Source of the DNA: Octopus sinensis
Lineage: Eukaryota
Direction of reading: 5' to 3'
Assembly (NCBI RefSeq): GCF_006345805.1
Contig: NC_042997.1
Location: 54,746,001-54,810,000, forward strand
DNA length: 64,000 nucleotides
The translations under genes were made by a program, and so were the position numbers. Within the stretch, counting starts at the first letter, position 1; the number at the start of each line of letters is the position of its first letter. This document shows positions 13,661 through 64,000 of the stretch, in pieces. Below the pieces are notes generated by a model, which saw only the letters and a program-made list of their open reading frames with translations, was not told the origin of the DNA and ran no database searches.

Positions 13661-13894
13661 ATATGTTTGTGTGTCTGTGTTTGTCCCTCTAGCATTGCTT
13701 GACAACCGATGCTGGTGTGTTTATGTCCCTGTCACTTAGCGGTTCGGCAAAAAGAGACCGATAGAATAAGTACTGGGCTTACAAAGAATAAAGTCCCGGG
13801 GTCGATCTGTTCGACTAAAGGCGGTGCTCCAGCATGGCCACAGTCAAATGACTGAAATAAAAAAAAAAAGTAAAAAAAAGTAAAGTAAAGTAAG
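13445..13894 (+). mobile_element. tRNA-derived SINE family 1 (CORE-like), full length
   Basis: ggcgcaggagtggctgtgtggtaag...gggttcagtccc...cttgggcaagtgtcttct; internal (TA)n/(TG)n; A-rich (AAAGT)n tail. Further partial copies near 15530(+), 26737(+), 32727(+), 35492(+), 38730(-) and 56757(+). Confidence 0.9.
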
Positions 13895-14204
13895 CTATAC
13901 TGGTATTACTCTTTCAGTACATTAAATGTATTACATACATTCTCAATTGTTAGTGTAACCTGATAGTCTTTTCAATTTCCAATACTCCTCAGAGAAAATG
14001 AGATGAGAGGGTTACTTGTATTTCATTGAAAATGGTGCTTATAAAATTTCACAAGATTTTGTAAGGTCATTCTTATTGATAAATACAAATCTATTTATGC
14101 AAAGGTGTATGCAAACATGTGTCTAAATAAATGTTGAAAATTTTTTTATTGTTAGTTTGATGTTCCCATTCAACTTCAGAAACGACTTCAAGTCTGGCAG
14201 GCCT

Positions 14205-14600
14205 ACATTTTATGGTGGTAGTAGTAGTAATAGCACATCGTGTAGTGGTGGTAGTAGTAGTAGTAATAATAGCACATCCTGTAGTGGTGGTGGTAGTAGT
14301 AGTAGTGCATGGTGTAGTAGTAGTAGTAGTAGTAGTAGTGCATGGTGTAGTGGTAGTAGTAGTAGTAGTAATAGCACATGAAGTGGTAGTAGTAGTAGTA
14401 GTAGTAGTAATAGCACATGGTGTAGTGGTAGTTGTAGTAGTAGTAGTAATAGCACATGGTGTAGTGGTGGTAGTAGTAGTAATAGTAGCACATGGTGTAG
14501 TGTTAGTAGTAGTAATAGCACATGGCGTAGTGGTAGTAGTAATCGTAGTACATGATGTAGTAGTAGTAGTTGTAATTGTAACAGTAGTAGCATATGTAGT
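14205..14600. repeat. (GTA)n-based minisatellite with an atagcacatggtgtagtg core
   Basis: About 10 variable units of core plus GTA run; the source of the poly-Thr/Val/Leu/Tyr ORFs. Confidence 0.92.
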
Positions 14601-15002
14601 AGGAGGAGTAAGAAGAGGAAACAGAGGAAGAATGAGCACTCATTAAGTCAAAAGAAGGATATCTTTCTAGTGATAATAATTATTATAAACATAAAATTGA
14701 AATGAGAGTAAGATAAAAAGCAAGAAGTTGTTGTGTGTTGGCGAGGTTGATCCACTGTTCTAAATTACTCCACACCTTATAAAGTGAGAAGTCTTCTAAG
14801 TTACATACCTTCTAAAATCACATACCTTCTAAAGTTAAGATCATTCAACCATAAAACTTTACAAACACAAAGCATTTGTTCTTTTTATGCAACAGACATT
14901 CTATAGGTCTTATTTTCTTTTTGTACTTTTCAGCTGTGCCGTCGAAAGAAGCAACATATTACACAGTCTTCTGGTGTTCACCAACGTTTTTTAATCCAGA
15001 AA

Positions 15003-63181
<48,179 letters not shown>

Positions 63182-64000
63182 AAACATTGCTATCCTCTAA
63201 ACCAATGTCTTTATTTTCAATTTTTTTAAATAGTTTTCTCAAGGAGCATCCCTCTTAATAAACATCAAAGTGTTTACCTTTTTGTATCCCAATCTCTGTG
63301 CTAGCCTCAAATTTATCCTCAACTCAACCATTCCTCTTAATTAATTAACACAATAATATTTTGACCTTGAAGAAGTAAAGTGACAAAGGTTTGGGTGATA
63401 TGAAGCAATAAACAATTTTGATTTGTCTTCACAATACATACACAAATATTCTTGATTCAATTTAGTTTTTCAGCTTCTTCGGGAAAACCCCCCCCACAAA
63501 AAATGAACAAACCCTCTCTTGATGTGACAGAGAGAATCTTTGGTATCTTATTTAATACTATTAACACATTTCATGTCTCAGATTACTTTTTCAATGTTGA
63601 TGCTCGTGAATTGCAGTATTTGTAATGTTCATCAATATCACCACAATGCTTTTTATATGTCATCACTTCTTTAAAAAAAAGAAAAGAAAAAAATAAATTT
63701 TAAAACTTGTTTAAGAAGATGATGTTAAAATGATGATTAAAAATCATTGTTCTCTGCATGAAGTGATTTCAAATATAGCTGATGGAATTTCTCATCAACT
63801 TTTACAATGTCATTTTCTCCATATTGGAGTATCCCCAAAAAAAAAGAAAAGAAAAAAAAGCATTGTGCCCATTCTTTAACTGTCTTCATTTTGTAATCTG
63901 ATTATTTTCACTGTTTAAAGAAATTCAGCTGTGATTTTTTTTTTCCCCCCACCCCAAATTAAATTTTTAAAAAATGAAACCGTATTCATTAACATCCTCT
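63182..64000 (+). other. 3' UTR of nPKC with candidate polyadenylation signals
   Basis: AT-rich sequence after the stop; AATAAA at 63257, 63407 and 63692. The true transcript end is unknown. Confidence 0.6.

Noticed and set aside
14091-14646. Mucin-like Thr-rich and poly-Val/Leu/Tyr ORFs
   Set aside because: Open in most frames because of a GTA-based minisatellite; no splice or coding support.

Overview
AT-rich eukaryotic genomic DNA. The repeat content (tRNA-derived SINEs, RTE LINEs with (GAT)n tails, long (TA)/(TATG) microsatellites) suggests an octopus/coleoid cephalopod; this is an inference. Almost the whole window is one + strand gene for a novel-class protein kinase C of the delta/theta branch. 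I traced 16 coding exons by hand from ATG 15003 to TAA 63181. All introns are GT-AG with consistent phases, and the CDS is 2025 nt (674 aa): C2-like domain, pseudosubstrate, C1A, C1B, hinge, kinase, AGC tail. A CpG-rich region at about 200-2600 probably holds the promoter and a non-coding first exon. The introns contain decayed mobile DNA: two RTE families, CR1-like LINEs, Penelope-like elements, four tRNA-headed SINE families, mariner- and piggyBac-type MITEs and a probable Helitron end. There is a 100-N assembly gap at 25789-25888. Most interesting observations: (1) a tRNA-headed SINE with an 11-bp TSD that carries a minimal hammerhead ribozyme motif, plus other hammerhead-like repeats; (2) an RTE family with a complete PHD finger inserted inside its reverse transcriptase; (3) a Penelope-like element with long inverted flanks and nested insertions; (4) candidate A-to-I recoding sites and unusual regulatory residues in the kinase. 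Repeat boundaries are approximate and were read by eye.
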